From Fistulifera solaris (lineage: Eukaryota): a DNA stretch of 64,000 nucleotides. Below, one piece after another: positions 12,061 to 25,028 of the stretch (positions are counted from its first letter, which is position 1; the number at the start of each line of letters is the position of its first letter). The stretch is from contig AP026173.1 in the NCBI GenBank assembly GCA_030295235.1, positions 496,001 to 560,000 of the forward strand, given 5' to 3'. The notes below the pieces were generated by a model. That model ran no database searches and had not been told where the DNA came from. It saw only the letters and a list, made by a program, of their open reading frames with translations. A program made the position numbers and the translations under genes.

Positions 12061-13744
12061 ATGCAAAGCCCCAAGAGCAAGAAGTCACCACAATCCAATA
12101 CAGCCTTGGTGATTCACTTGGCTCGTGCTCTGGGTCTCCTGTTTCTCCTTTCGGCTATCTTGAATCTTTTTTATCATTCGCATCTGCCGACTCCGTCGAA
12201 GAACTGGGAAGAACAACCTGTATCACCGCCGAAGCACAACAAGAAGAAGAGAATAAAAGAGCAAAGTAATCTCAAGTCGAAAAGATACACTCTCCTTTTA
12301 ACCCTCTCGACATTCCCGCTGATATCGAAAAACATTCCGTTCCTGATCTTCCATCCGATCCGGACGACGAAGACGAAAAACCAGCCAAGCAACACAACAA
12401 TCATGGAGCAGTCATCAAAGATACCCTTCCGGAAAAAGTACAACCGACAGCTGCACCCACAGCCTTACCACCTCCCGCAAAACATGGGACTGTCCTCCCT
12501 CCGAAACGTAGTTCCATTTTACAAAAGAACATTCCACAATTATGGACGCTGGTCGCGGAGCAAGTCGTGAAAACGGACAAGGATGGCAAGCCGTTGCATC
12601 ACAACATACATAATGTTACCGCAAGTGATCTACAAGGCATCGGGCAGGACGTCGCAAATATAACCATGGAAGAAGCTCGAAAAGGTCGAGAACCACTACT
12701 GGAGCTGCTGACAGAGGCTGGAGTCACTAGCATGGACGCGGTCAGTGTAGCCAAGCTCCCTACGTGGCAACAAGTTACAGATTTATATGGTGACGGGCCC
12801 GTGATTTATGGCTTGGAGACTTGTCAGCAATTTCGAGACAAGGTGCCACCCGAAGACGCTTCCATTGGAACCGCCGGATTGTTTAACACAGGGACCAATC
12901 CCTTTGCCATGTATCTGAGTGCGAATTGTGAAATGCCCCAAAACACCAATGACAAAGCCAAAGGCATGCGATGGCAGGTACCGTGGGGGAAGCACATGTT
13001 GGCAACTTACAAATGGAGGAACACGGCCAAGCACGATTATCACGTCAACAAGACGAATGTTTTGCCCACCGTTCTGATACGAGACCCCTATTCGTGGATG
13101 CAAAGCATGTGTCGACATCCGTACGGAGCACGATTTGTACACGATCATATACACTGTCCGGGACTAGTGCCATCGGAGCACGACCGAGAAAGGCACCCGA
13201 AGGAGCTGAAAGACAAAGAGACGATTCCCGTAGTGGTGACATATCCGGGTCGACGTGCGCATTTTGATTCACTGGCTCACTTTTGGGCACAATGGTATCG
13301 AGAGTATTTAGAGGCGGACTACCCGCGATTGATTATACGGTACGTTGCGATGTATGATGTATGATTTGCAAAGACGAAGTCTGAGGCTGTTACCTTTGTC
13401 ACCATCATCTTGAGAAGGATGACTCACAGGCGTTGCATCGATTTTCTCATAACAGGTTCGAGGACATGATTTTTCACCCCCGAAAAGTCTTGAGTTTAGT
13501 ATGTGAATGCGCGGGCGCGAAACCGAAACAGGAAGCCTTCTCGTATGTCGTAGGCGAAGGAAAGTGGGGTAACAAAGTACACGAAGGCTCATCGAATATG
13601 ATATCTGCCATGATCCGATACGGCTCGAATAGCTCACGACTGACACAAATGTCGGAAGCCGATCTCGAGCTGGCATACCGAGCCTTGGATCCGGAACTGA
13701 TGGATTTGTTTCAATATCCTCGAGTTCCTCCGGTCGGATCGTAA
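12061..13744 (+). CDS. Type II membrane sulfotransferase-like protein (paralog A); intron 13340-13455
   Basis: N-terminal TM and stem; AGLFNTGTN (5'-PSB-like), WQVPWGKH, IRDPYSWMQS (3'-PB-like). Splicing restores IIRFEDM. Frameshift(s) in the stem region. Confidence 0.75.
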
Positions 13745-13820
13745 ACGGGCTCTACGATATTCAATACTGTATAACTATTCTATCAATTAATAAGTCATCT
13801 TCAACGACTGTAAGATTTTG

Positions 13821-14180
13821 TTAACCGGTTGCATTTAAATCCGGTAAAATATGCTGGCCACTTTCGTCTAATTTCATTTCCTGAACCCACACAACATCTT
13901 TCTGAGGATCTAAGGAGCTATAAATGTGCGGAAATAAATTACCATTCCGACTACTTTCCCATTTCAAATTCGGGATTGTCGTTTCGATAGCTACGAGAAG
14001 CAGATCGGGTTGTTTCGCAAAATAAAGAGCCGCCGTGGAAGCCACCTGCTCGGCCGTCGAACAGTGCAGAAAGCCGTCCTGCAAGTCAATCGGAGACCCT
14101 CGAAAGACGTGATCTTGTACGGCCAAGGACCATTCGTCGCGCGTGACAATCTTGAAAATATAAGGGCAAGTGGAACTCAT
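13821..14180 (-). CDS. DUF952 domain protein
   Basis: IFKIV...GSPIDLQDGFLHCST..QV..TA..YF...LKWE...LFPHIY signature. Confidence 0.9.
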   Translation of the reverse strand: MSSTCPYIFKIVTRDEWSLAVQDHVFRGSPIDLQDGFLHCSTAEQVASTAALYFAKQPDLLLVAIETTIPNLKWESSRNGNLFPHIYSSLDPQKDVVWVQEMKLDESGQHILPDLNATG

Positions 14181-14701
14181 TTTGTGTATAAGGAGAAAAG
14201 CTTACAATGAAAATGACAGCAGCAATACCAGCACAATACGTTTCGAATGAACAATAAAGCTCATTCTCATTTTCTTGCATTTTCCATCTTGTTTTCATCG
14301 CACCGCGTCGCATTGAGTCGTGAGTCGTGAGGAGTGAGTCAGTCTTCCTGTCAATGTCTCAGCTTTAAATATAAAAATAGCGAGACCATTGTTGGATACA
14401 TCAAAGAACAGAATAGAAGCCGAACGGACATCGTTGAGATGACCGTTAGGCTCTGGGTCTCTGGTCTCTGGGTCTCCATCACACTCTTCCCTAAAGTACG
14501 AAAGTGAAAGTAGAGTACTAGGTACACTCTGTATCGCGACCGTCCATCGTTCCCTCGTCGTCGTTTCGATGCGCTATCCGATCCAAGACGACGAGTGTCA
14601 CGCATCCTTCAATGCACATAAAGCAGGAACAAACTATTGCTTTCCTTCTCAACAATACGTTTTGTCAAGTGTTTCGTTTACGCGAGTGAATTAGATTGAA
14701 C

Positions 14702-16259
14702 ATGTCGACACCGGTCACGCGCTCACCGCCCTCGGCACGAGAATCGAAACACAAACGGGTCCCCACCGATGAATTGCAAGAGAAGATGAAAAAATGATAC
14801 AACTGCAGTATCAGCAACAAAGACAGCAACAACAAGCACCCTCGGCGGCGCGGCCGCCCCGATTTTCGCCTCCCACAAAGAGCAAACCCTCCGTCGAAGA
14901 TGGAGTAGTACTCAAGGACACCACCGCCGATCCTCTGCTGCGATTTCCGGACGTGGTGGATCCGGATGTGGGACACGGGACACTCTTTTTCCGGCCGAAC
15001 ACAATTTGCAGCGATTACGGTCGTTATCGTCGGATGCTGGATCGTCCTCCCAAGCACCGAGTAAGGAATCCTTGTCGTCCGAGGCACGTCCTCCGCCGAT
15101 ACCAAATTACGGGGCACTCGATTCGGGCTCGTCGTTTCCGTCCTCGGGTGACGACGACGAAACGAATCCATTGAACGACCATGGATATTCTGTAGATCCG
15201 TATGCAGAGAATAGTCGATTTCTTATGCAGCCGTCGGTGGCGGAACATCCCAACAGCACGGGATATTGGATCGTCTACCCCATCGTGTCGTGTTGCGAAG
15301 ACATCTGGACCTCGGAAGCCCTGCATCGGTCGCTTTGTTTTGGGGCCATTGACGGTATGTTGACAGGTAGTGGCATTGTTGCCACATTTTGTGGGATGGG
15401 GCTCATCGACTGGAGGGCAGTGACTGTGAACACGGACACGGCCTGTATACTACGAACGGTGGTAGTGGTTTTTTGTGCCGCGACTTGTTTTGCGGACTCG
15501 ATATGTATGGCATTAGGACACATATGGACAACCCACGTCTTGGCGAGCACGCAAGCTCGAGAACGCTCGGAAATGCGCACCATGATGTATTACGCACAAG
15601 CGGATGTTAAAGGGCAACTGGTCGATATGCTCCTCTCGAAAGGCGTGCTCAAAATTGATGCGATGAGTTTAGCCAATACACTGGAAGGGTACCCGGATCT
15701 CTTTTTAGCCGCGGTGATGGGGGAAGCACTCACGAGTGCTAATGTCGAGATCTCATCTTCGAACGACTCCGAATACGACGCGTTGATGGGTCGTCAAGTA
15801 TCGCGTCAGCAGCGGACTTCCCCACACGGTCGACAGCGCGAGTTTCCCATGGATCCGGATACGGCGACCGTGACACAAGCGAATCGTGAAGCGCGCAAAG
15901 AGTCCTTCTTTATGATGGTGGGGTTTTCATCCTTCGCCGTCTTGCCCAGTTTGCTCCTACAATGGGTTCCCACGCTTTTGAACAGCAATTTGGATCACAA
16001 AAGCACCTCCGTTCATCCGGAGACCATGATCGTATCCATCATGGCAATCACCATGTGGCTGCTAGGAATCTGGAAAAGCCGCTTTCTCGACAGTAATTGG
16101 TTCATGTTTGGAGTCGAAGCCGTCTTGGTTTTAGTTGTCTGTATTGCTGCTGCTTATTTGGTTGGGTATGGTGTACGCCATGCTTTTCTTCCGGAGGTGA
16201 GGATAGAAATTTTCCAAAAATCAAGCTTATATTACAGCACAGAATCTGGCGCAAATTAG
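14702..16259 (+). CDS. VIT1/CCC1-like membrane protein with long disordered N-terminus (5' frameshifts)
   Basis: CFGAIDGMLT and FADSICMALG motifs, an E/R-rich loop and C-terminal TMs. ATG at 14702 joins via frameshifts (A-run near 14790; second shift near 15000). Confidence 0.7.
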
Positions 16260-16385
16260 TAAGCGAAACATTCAAATGTTCTAGGTCAAGAATAGCTATA
16301 TAATTTTGGGACTAACTTTCAAAACCAGTATTATGTAACATGTATGAATCTCTATGTATATACGTTTTTTTCGTTCCGCCCGTGC

Positions 16386-17606
16386 TTAGCACATTAGCCG
16401 ATGCAAGTCATCGTTGCCATTGTATAAAATAACAGCGACAAGGACATTGATTATTCCCATGAAGTAAATACTATTGAGAGCGGTGCCGAACATAAAGTAA
16501 GACAAAATACCGGTGAGTGTGGCCGCGAGAGCTGTTGCGTAGCCTTTCAAAACCGAGTCGGCGTATTTGAGAACACTAGCCACAATGAGACCTCCCACAG
16601 CGTTGTTCACCACCGATAAGGCCGCCCACGACGTAAAGTTGTGAAACAGTCCGTAGGTTTGAATGACATCCCAATCTTGAATAAAAGCATAGGTTCCCAT
16701 TGTAAGAATACTCATGAGGGCCAGTTGAACTTGTGTGTAAGCCAGTCCATACTCCTGCTCCGAAATGTTTTTGTTTTTATTCCCTTTGATGACTCTTTCT
16801 GTGTAAACACTAGCAATACCCGAAGAGAAGGATATACCGAGCGCTGCTGATATTCCCAGCGTCACGGAACTCGTCGAACCATTCGAATCATCCGTAGGAT
16901 CCTTTTGATCGGCCATGTTACACAACATGACGCCGCACGTAAGGAGTATAAGCGAAAGCAATTGAATGTACTTGAGCTTCTTTCGTAAAAAGATGACGGC
17001 GCAGACAGCGGTGAATAAAAGTCGCGACTGGCAGATGACACTGTAGAGCGCCGCATCAATATTCGCTAAAGCCACGTAGGCCATGCTCATTTGAAAATTG
17101 TACGCGCAGGCCGGAACCACCAGTAGCATAGTATTCCTTTTGTCTTCCTTCAAAAACTTGGCAATGGAACCAATCGACTTTTTCTGAATGAACAAAATGT
17201 AGGAGCAACTGCAAACAAGTTTGATCAGTTCCGACACCAAAACAGCTGCCGAGGCCAAGAAATTTGGCTGATCTTTCATTACAAACCGAATCAGAAGCAT
17301 GGAGAAACAATTATGCAGAGTCAGTAACAACAAAGCGAGCAGCCCCAGACGCGTGACGACCGGAGTCGTCGATGATGACTCGTTGGATTCGCTCTTATCA
17401 CTGTTGTAATCATCCACTGCCGTCAAGAGGCTCTTTTCTAAATCATCATCATCTGATGAACAATCCGAATCTAGAATGTAAGTATCTTTTTGCGGCTTCA
17501 TCATGGAAGCTCTATTGACGCGTTCCATGGCGACGGGTCTTCGCTGGACGGAAGGAGTGAAATTGTGGAAAGCGAGCGACTCGAGCTTCCACCGTAAGGG
17601 CCGCAT
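16386..17606 (-). CDS. Nucleotide-sugar transporter (SLC35A type), paralog of 7121-8218
   Basis: Shares near-identical blocks with the first copy (LKEDKRN, YNFQMSM, YGLAYTQVQLALMSI, LKYADSVLKGYATAL). The real start may be the ATG at 17528. Confidence 0.92.
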   Translation of the reverse strand: MRPLRWKLESLAFHNFTPSVQRRPVAMERVNRASMMKPQKDTYILDSDCSSDDDDLEKSLLTAVDDYNSDKSESNESSSTTPVVTRLGLLALLLLTLHNCFSMLLIRFVMKDQPNFLASAAVLVSELIKLVCSCSYILFIQKKSIGSIAKFLKEDKRNTMLLVVPACAYNFQMSMAYVALANIDAALYSVICQSRLLFTAVCAVIFLRKKLKYIQLLSLILLTCGVMLCNMADQKDPTDDSNGSTSSVTLGISAALGISFSSGIASVYTERVIKGNKNKNISEQEYGLAYTQVQLALMSILTMGTYAFIQDWDVIQTYGLFHNFTSWAALSVVNNAVGGLIVASVLKYADSVLKGYATALAATLTGILSYFMFGTALNSIYFMGIINVLVAVILYNGNDDLHRLMC

Positions 17607-18687
17607 CGTTCCTTAAGCCGTCTTCTAGTTCTTCATTCAAGTAGAGTTCTCTAGATTCTTATAAATCTATTCGTAAAGACGTGACCTTCGATGGCGGGTA
17701 ATAATGAAGTGCATCATGAAGACGAAATACCAGATAATACTTCGGAGTAGGGTAAAATATTTTCTGCCATTCGACCACTGTTGGTTGTTTGAGCATAAAT
17801 AAACTGTCACTATCATTTATGAAGTACAATCTAGCTTTCAGTCGAACGCAAGCCACGCCATTAGGGACTTGTTGCCTTTCGTGTTGTGTAGCGTGTAGAG
17901 TACGATCGGACTAAAATAAGGATAAGTAATAAGCATTTAAGGCAAACTTTGTACATTCCGATGAATATTGACCCTCCGAACGGACGCGCGCCGGCCGGAA
18001 GAACTAACGTGATCCTCGGAAAGCACCAACATCACGATTTCTTTCGTGCTTTCGTAACTTGAAAACAAATTCTCTTGACAAATCCGATCGTCATGAAAAT
18101 ACTCTCTTCCAGAAATATATGTTAAGGCGACTTCACCACGACAGCGATTGTAAATCCGCGAAAGCTTGTTCCGCCGTTATGCAGGTTACAGGGTGCCATA
18201 GATCACGACTTCAGTGAATGCTTAGAGTCGAATCTTAAGCAAATGATAGGGCATCGCCGTTCACAATGATATTTATTTAGAGTTGCCTCGTTTGAATTCC
18301 AGCGAGTATTCCTGTGATTCAATCGGACATTCAGTCCCGGAACTTGCTGGGGACGCATTTCATTTTAAACAAACCTTTTCAAGTAAACGCTGCATTTTAC
18401 GTGCTGAGATGAGTCATCAAATAATGGTGATAATCTAAGCATAGAGTTTCGTCGAGGTCGCAGTTGGGAGTTTTAGAATAACGATGCTTCGTTAGAGTTC
18501 ATGCGAGACGATGGAAAGTGTTCTTCCTATAACCTTAATAGTATTACTGCGTGTGAGGATGCGTGCGATGACGACGATGCAACAAAATAGAAAAAAAAGA
18601 TGCTTGTTTGTATTGTGTGCTTCATTTTTTGAACCTATCAAGTATCTATTAAGCTGTGCATATGTCACAGGGATCGACAAATCGGAA

Positions 18688-19810
18688 ATGGCCGACAACT
18701 CACCACAAGAAACGGAGGACTGGACCCTCCAACTTAACGCGAACAAGTCGTTAGGAGATGACGCCTTCCGCCGAGGCCACTACGACGAAGCCATTCAGCA
18801 TTATACCACTGCGTTGTCGCTCGATCCTACGCATGCTGCTTTACTCAGCAATCGCTCGGCAGCTTATTTGAAAGCAGGGCACAAATCAAAAGCATTGCAT
18901 GATGCCCAACAAATTGATGTCACGGTCCTGGGGATCAAGGCGTACAGCCGACTGGGTGCGGCACTGCAATCGCTCGGTCGATACGAGCCGGCCCTAAAAG
19001 AATGGCAGCGTGTATTGGAAAAGGATCCGCAAAATGTGGCTGCTGTACAAGGAAAAGAAGTCTGTGAGCGGGAATTGGAGAAGCTCAAGGAAGAGGAGAA
19101 AAGCAAGAACGTTGAGAAAGAATGTAGCGATGACGATTTGGACGATTTCTTCAATGATGTTCAAGAGGCAGCAGAGCAAGCTGTGAAGCAGCAATTCGTG
19201 CCAGAAACATTAACGGATGCAATACGGAATCACAAAAGGATTTGGGCACAGCAAAGAACAAACGGAACGATTGCTCGGTCCCAATTATCAATGGCGTAAT
19301 CTCAACCCATTCTTTGTGTTAGATCTGGCTCATGATTCAAACGAAGAGGAAATTTCGCGACGGTTCAAAGCGCTTTCGCTGTTGCTGCATCCCGATAAAC
19401 AGCACGGCGTTTCCGACGGCGAGAGAGAACGAATTCAACAAGCGTACGACGAGGTACTCCAGGCAAAGACCAAGCTTCAAGATGAAAATAAACGAAAACA
19501 CGTACGGAATTTGATTGATGAAGGCAATCGACAGGGAAAACTCGATTGGGAAGCGAGCGGGAAACAGGGTTCGCTGGAGGAAGCCAAGAGCAAAGCAGTG
19601 CAAAAGATTTTTGCCACGGCAGAGTACAACCGGCGGCAAGCCGAACAGCGTATGCGAAATCATGAAAAGAGAGAAAGGGAGCAGGAGGAAGAGGCATTAC
19701 AAAAAGAAAAGAAGGAGCGGGAATTCAATGCAAAGTGGAGTGAAACAAATCGTCAGGAAAATCGCGTTGGCAATTGGAGAGACTTTGCAAATAAGAAACG
19801 AAAAACGTGA
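18688..19810 (+). CDS. TPR-repeat + DNAJC8/Spf31-like J-domain protein (frameshift near 19235)
   Basis: Three TPRs (KSLGDDAF...A..HYT.AL; LLSNRSAAY; AYSRLGAAL), then ERLL..NY.WRNLNPFFVL...LSLLLHPDK and C-terminal RQENRVGNWRDF. Confidence 0.82.
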
Positions 19811-19964
19811 GCTAACCGGAGACAGCACTATCGTCTCCCGCCGATCGACATGAGATAAGCTAGACGCTCATTCAAATAGAACTTAGAAACTCATATGTAA
19901 TAGGAATATCAGCAGTTTGATTCAAGACTCAGTTTCTAGTAAGCGATACGTCAAATGTACATTT

Positions 19965-20696
19965 TTAAACAAGTCTCTCGAAATGCACACCGTCGAGAAT
20001 ACCTCCACGAAGAGTTCGCATGACCAGCCGCTCAAACTGAGTCTTATCCTTTCGGAAAAGCTCCGCGGCTTCGTGGTTGAGTGGATCATCCGGATTGGGT
20101 TCGTAAAACAAATAAATGAGCCCGTAAATGACCGAGTTAATATCAAGTACCGGCTTCCAATCCTCTCGCAGAATGTTCAAACACACTTTGCCTTGCAGAT
20201 CAATGTTGGGATGGTATATCTTGGTGTTGCATTCCACTCGTGGTGGTGAATGAGGGTAATGAGGGGGGATTGTAAAGGTAAAGTGATAAGTCGCACCTTT
20301 CCACAAACCAGTATCGGGTGTGACCGAGACATCAAACAAGGTCAAATCATTGGGGTTGGGAAATTTGATTGTAGCAACGTCGCCGCCGTCGAGTTCCGCA
20401 ATGTCTGAATAAAATTGAGGCGCTTCTGTAAGACTCGGTGTAGCGGCAAAATCGCAGTCGTATACACAGCGCAATAACTTACCAGTCTGTATACGAATCT
20501 CTCCCGGAGTACGTTTCTTTCCCGTCTTTCCCGTCTCTCCGTTCTTGACCATTTTCTTTCCACCAATGCCCAACAAAGAGACTTTTTTGCGGCTGGTCAG
20601 CCGGTGCTTCCGCTGTCGTGGGTTGCTCCGCTTGTTGCTTCGCTTCTTCCGCCGCTTTCTTGGCCTCGGCTTCGCGTTTCTTTTCAATGCTAACAT
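19965..20696 (-). CDS. UBC12: NEDD8-conjugating enzyme Ubc12; in-frame intron 20405-20482
   Basis: RIQTDIAELD after splicing; IYHPNIDLQGKVCLNILREDWKPVL; FYEPNPDDPLN. Compensating frameshifts in the A-rich N-terminus. Confidence 0.92.
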   Translation of the reverse strand: MLALKRNAKPRPRKRRKKRSNKRSNPRQRKHRLTSRKKVSLLGIGGKKMVKNGETGKTGKKRTPGEIRIQTGKLLRCVYDCDFAATPSLTEAPQFYSDIAELDGGDVATIKFPNPNDLTLFDVSVTPDTGLWKGATYHFTFTIPPHYPHSPPRVECNTKIYHPNIDLQGKVCLNILREDWKPVLDINSVIYGLIYLFYEPNPDDPLNHEAAELFRKDKTQFERLVMRTLRGGILDGVHFERLV

Positions 20697-21155
20697 CTTT
20701 GCGCGAAGACTTTATTTCGAAAGAACTGTAATAAAGCAGAGGAGGTGCAATGCGTTTTTGGTGATCGTATAGAGTGCCCTTGTATTCTATTTTTTTTACT
20801 TGAGGCGACATGCGATGTCGTGTCGCGTTCGGTGCGCGGGGGGAAAATTGAGGTGCGAATGCACGAAACTCAAGTACGGGAAATAGAAGTATAATGTTTT
20901 CAGTACAATTCAGTTCGCGATCCGACATATCATCCTTCTCACCATTAATCCTTAGCTTTGCCCTACTAGCCATAAAAAGAGCTATTAGCCTTTGAAGTTA
21001 CCAGGCATTCCAATCTATAGAGTGTCTAAGTTAAAAAATGAAATTCTAAATCTCACGAGCACACTACTACACATGCTGGTTTTCTACCAGTACAAAAAAA
21101 CTGCCGTAGAAGGCTCAGCCAGCCAAACCTTATCGAGCATTTTCGCCACTGCTTA

Positions 21156-23287
21156 TCAAGTACAGCTTTCACCTCCATCACTATCAACTTGCTCCAAAAG
21201 GGCATCGTTGTCATTGTGAGGTAGTAGAGTCGGATACGCGGGTGCCGTTAGTGGGTCGATACCGTGCAAGCGCATCCCGACCAACATTTGTTCGGGCAGC
21301 TCATCCTCCTTGTTGCCTTGCACCACAAATCCAAGATTTAACGTCAAAATCTGCGTATAACTTCTTGCCACGGATAGAATTCCCCGCGCGGCACTACTGG
21401 CAGCAATATCTAGATCTGCCTCCAGGTACAAACTTCGTTCGGAGCTAGCCGCGCCGTAGTGATACTTCACCGGCAACTTATTACCAATAATGGCAGGCTT
21501 TCCGCCAACAACCTGTTTCACGACCCATGGTCCGTCAATGACAACGGGTAGAATTTTTAAGGATTCATTCTTGTGCTTCTCGTCGCTCATCAAAAAGCGA
21601 CCTACGGCACGTTCGGGAGGCGACATGGAATCCAAGGTATCACTGAGTTGCTTTTTCTCCTCTTCAGATATCGACTCAAAGCCAGCACGAATAAAAGGAA
21701 GAAACCGATCGGGTATCTCAAAATAAAAGAGCAAGACTCCCCAAGGCAGGCGGAAGTTAATGACGAATGTCGGAATATCTCGCAACTTGCCTCCGAAAAT
21801 TCGAGGATTGAGAGCGACGTGCTCTGGACAAGTATCAGTCAGCAAGAGTTCAAGACCTCTAGAAGGGAACAGATATTCTGCAGATCCGATCTTCTTCTTG
21901 TCGCTTAGATACTTTGGACCGCGGACTTCAAAGTCACTAGGATCTGGATCTGACCATTTGTTGATGTAAGATCCCACGGGCGGAGATCCAGCTGGTAATT
22001 TGGACATGGGAGTCGTCTTCAAAGTAGATTCGGTCTCGCTCACCGAAAGATCGGCCGCCACAGAAGTCAATTTCTGCTGCGTCATTGCCCGAGAGAGTAA
22101 GGCTCGCCCCGATTTATCTTGCTGAATGGTCTCATTCTGTTTGACAACAGCAATCATGCTAGGCGGCCGATCAAACCCACCTACCAAGGGACGCGGGGTA
22201 TGCAATCCCATGCAAAAAGCCGCAAAAACAATTAATAGCGCAATATCAGCATCCAAGTGGACTTGAATTTGCGCCGCTTTCATCAAAATGCGAATCGCCA
22301 CCATGGCGATTGCCGCAAAAATCATGGGATTGTTATCAATCATCTTCCCCAACTCCGTAGTGTCAGCACGCACGACTGGTCCTGGTTGCGCATACGACGG
22401 AACGAGTTCCGCGGGATGGCGATCGTCATCCAACAACAGACGAGCTTGTTCACCTGCTATAGTAGCCAACTCCACTTCATCCGACTCTCGCTGCAACTGG
22501 GAACGTCTTCTTTTATAAGACATGGGAACGACCACCGACCCGCACATCGATGAAAGCTCCCCCGCCGCTGATGCTTCGTCTCGTTTCGGAAAATTCGAAG
22601 CAACTTTCTTGACGCCATCACCCAACCACGCGAGTGGCGCCAAAATGGTGTCCGGTACCTGCTGGATGACTTTGTGACTGGCCGATCGAATCGACAAAAC
22701 ATGACGCTGATGACGGAGTTCTTCCGGAATTGCGGCACCTTCTTTGAGCAATGCTTCGGCATCTACTTCACAGCAGTGGTCGGTGAGAAAGAATGTCCGT
22801 ATGATAGTAGCGACCTTGGCAACTATTTCGTACTTTTCCACATCTTCTTGCAGAGGAAAGCTTCGTACTGTTGCATCCAGCACGGAATCAATAATCCGCT
22901 GACGTTCCTTGGCTAGTAATTTGACGTACATGAAATTGACTTTCCCCAAGTACTGGGTCCGCTGCGACTCAATCAACTGCGATACTAAACGGGCATACTT
23001 GATTGCCTTATCGCAGGGATCGGGAACATCCTTCTCCATGTGACTATTTTGGACGACTTGCCCGAGTTGGTGCCCCAAACTACGAAACGCGCTGTAGGTT
23101 TTGCTCAAGGCAAAGCTCGCAAATAGTTCCGGTTCTTTCGGATAAACGAGTACAATAAAATCACTTTCCACCGCTAAGCCACCATGAATGCGATAATGAT
23201 CACAGGCGACGACTTGCGCTTTGACTTGCGACTTCTCCAGCGCAATCTGCAAGGGATTGGTGTGTCTTTGCCAGCAGGCGCTACCAT
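21156..23287 (-). CDS. EDR2 C-terminal (DUF1336) domain protein with central TM segments
   Basis: WSDPDPSDFEVRGPKYLSDKKK, FVINFRLPWG, LKILPVVIDGPWVVK, YLEADLDI and ELPEQML motifs. Probable ATG at 23287 joined by a frameshift. Confidence 0.85.
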
Positions 23288-23749
23288 TTTAAATGATGCA
23301 ATTTTTTATAACAGACGTATTTGCGTATCAAGTAGATTTGCATATAGACACTACTTTGACAGAGAATGCGAATGAATCAAGTGCGCGCACCGCGAATCGC
23401 GCCTTTATAATCGACTTCCGAATTTCAGATCGACCTCGCCATTGTTTATTATTATTGTCGCGCCAGAAAGATCGAAATATTTCTCATTTCTCCTCTACGT
23501 AGTACACGTACTGTAAAAACATGTTGTGAGCAAAGTAGGAAGTGTCGCAGCGATAGCGATGACGGTTTGCCGTCTGTCTTCCTCGCCATTACTTGTACTG
23601 GTAGCAAAAACCAGCGCGCACATCCAGCACCATCGCATCTTTATTACCCGCAAAACATCGATACAAACATCCGCCAAATACGCAACGCTTGAAAAAGATA
23701 CTAGACTTGATTATTATCCTTCCTCACTACACAACAACAACCAAGAAAC

Positions 23750-24184
23750 ATGAGTGATGACGAAGATCCCATCGGTTCAGGAGGAGGTTTTGACAATGAA
23801 GGAGGAGTATTCGAAGACGATCAGCCCGAAGCAGCCGAAGACGACGAACTGCAGTCGGATGACGAAGGTTTGGATGTGACGGGAGAGCACACGAGTATTG
23901 TGGGTGTTGGGGAAGGATCCGAAGGAGGAGGTCGGAGTGTAGCGGCGGCGGAGCGGATCACGACGCGCTATTTAACCAAATACGAGAAAGCACGTGTCCT
24001 CGGAACCCGTGCCTTGCAAATCAGCATGAATGCGCCCGTCATGGTCGATTTGGATGGAGAAACGGATCCGTTGAAAATTGCCGAGAAAGAACTCCGTGAG
24101 CGAAAAATACCCATCATTATCCGAAGATACATGCCAGACGGCAGTCACGAAGACTGGGCGGTCGATGAGCTAATAGTCGATTGA
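23750..24184 (+). CDS. RPB6: RNA polymerases I/II/III shared subunit RPABC2
   Basis: Acidic N-terminus; [29 protein letters not shown]...[14 protein letters not shown]. Confidence 0.97.
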   Translation: MSDDEDPIGSGGGFDNEGGVFEDDQPEAAEDDELQSDDEGLDVTGEHTSIVGVGEGSEGGGRSVAAAERITTRYLTKYEKARVLGTRALQISMNAPVMVDLDGETDPLKIAEKELRERKIPIIIRRYMPDGSHEDWAVDELIVD

Positions 24185-24692
24185 AAGACTTTTGTTAAAA
24201 CGGACATGTTACTTTGCGTATAGCCTAATTGCTCCGTTTTGAAAGCAATAGCCTAGCTGGTAAAGGGTAGTGTTTGGACAGCGTCACTCAAAATTGTCGA
24301 CAGAAAATACCAAAGGATGACAGTATTAGACTGTAGGCGCATGGAAGAGTAAAAGTATTTTTGCAAAGGCTTTCCCGCTTGAATTGCTTAAATCGGATTG
24401 TTGTGAGGCTAAACAAGACAATGCCGTCTTTTCACAGTTAACACAGGCGATCCCCCAAGTGTCCGACCGAGGTCAACTCCCTGCGCTTTCTGACGAACAC
24501 ATCAGAAAGGGCGATACGTTATAAGCTCCATCTAGCTAGGTGTGTAATCTGACTTGTTCGTTTCGATGCAAGCAAGCTCTACTTGACGTAATATTATGAA
24601 TGAAAAGAAAAAACAAGGACGACGCATGCCCGCCTAGTTTTCGCTGTGATGGAATCTGGAATCCGAAGAACGAGAAATGTTAGTCAGCGATA

Positions 24693-25028
24693 GACCTCTG
24701 TCCGTTGTCCGTTCCCAGTTCACTCCAACAGGGAGGGAGTGAACAGGGATTTTGATCGAACAAGGAGTGAACTGGGAGCGTTCCCTGTTCGAATTAATGA
24801 GTCCCGTGTACGAAATATTGTAGTCAGTCCCTAATCCTTAACGCTTTCGATTAGAGATTTACTGTTGATTTACCGCGCAAACAAAGGAATTAAGGGCCTC
24901 TGAGTGCCGGTCAGACGGTCAGCCACTCATTCCCTGTTAAACAGGGAATTTGGAAAATGAACTGGGAAGGGAATTTAACAGGGATCCCAGTTGGGAATTC
25001 CCTGTTAAACGGAGAACGGACAGAGGTC
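24693..25028. mobile_element. MITE-like non-autonomous DNA transposon (336 bp)
   Basis: Terminal inverted repeats GACCTCTGTCCGTT(G/C)TCCGTT (21 nt, 1 mismatch); flanks AGCGATA / AGCGATG; multiple subterminal AACAGGG/AACTGGG/CCCTGTT motifs at both ends; no coding capacity. Confidence 0.85.

Noticed and set aside
24716..25010. Repeated AACAGGG motifs as a CRISPR-like array
   Set aside because: Motifs are about 7 nt, irregularly spaced, in both orientations and enclosed by TIRs; eukaryotic context with no cas genes.
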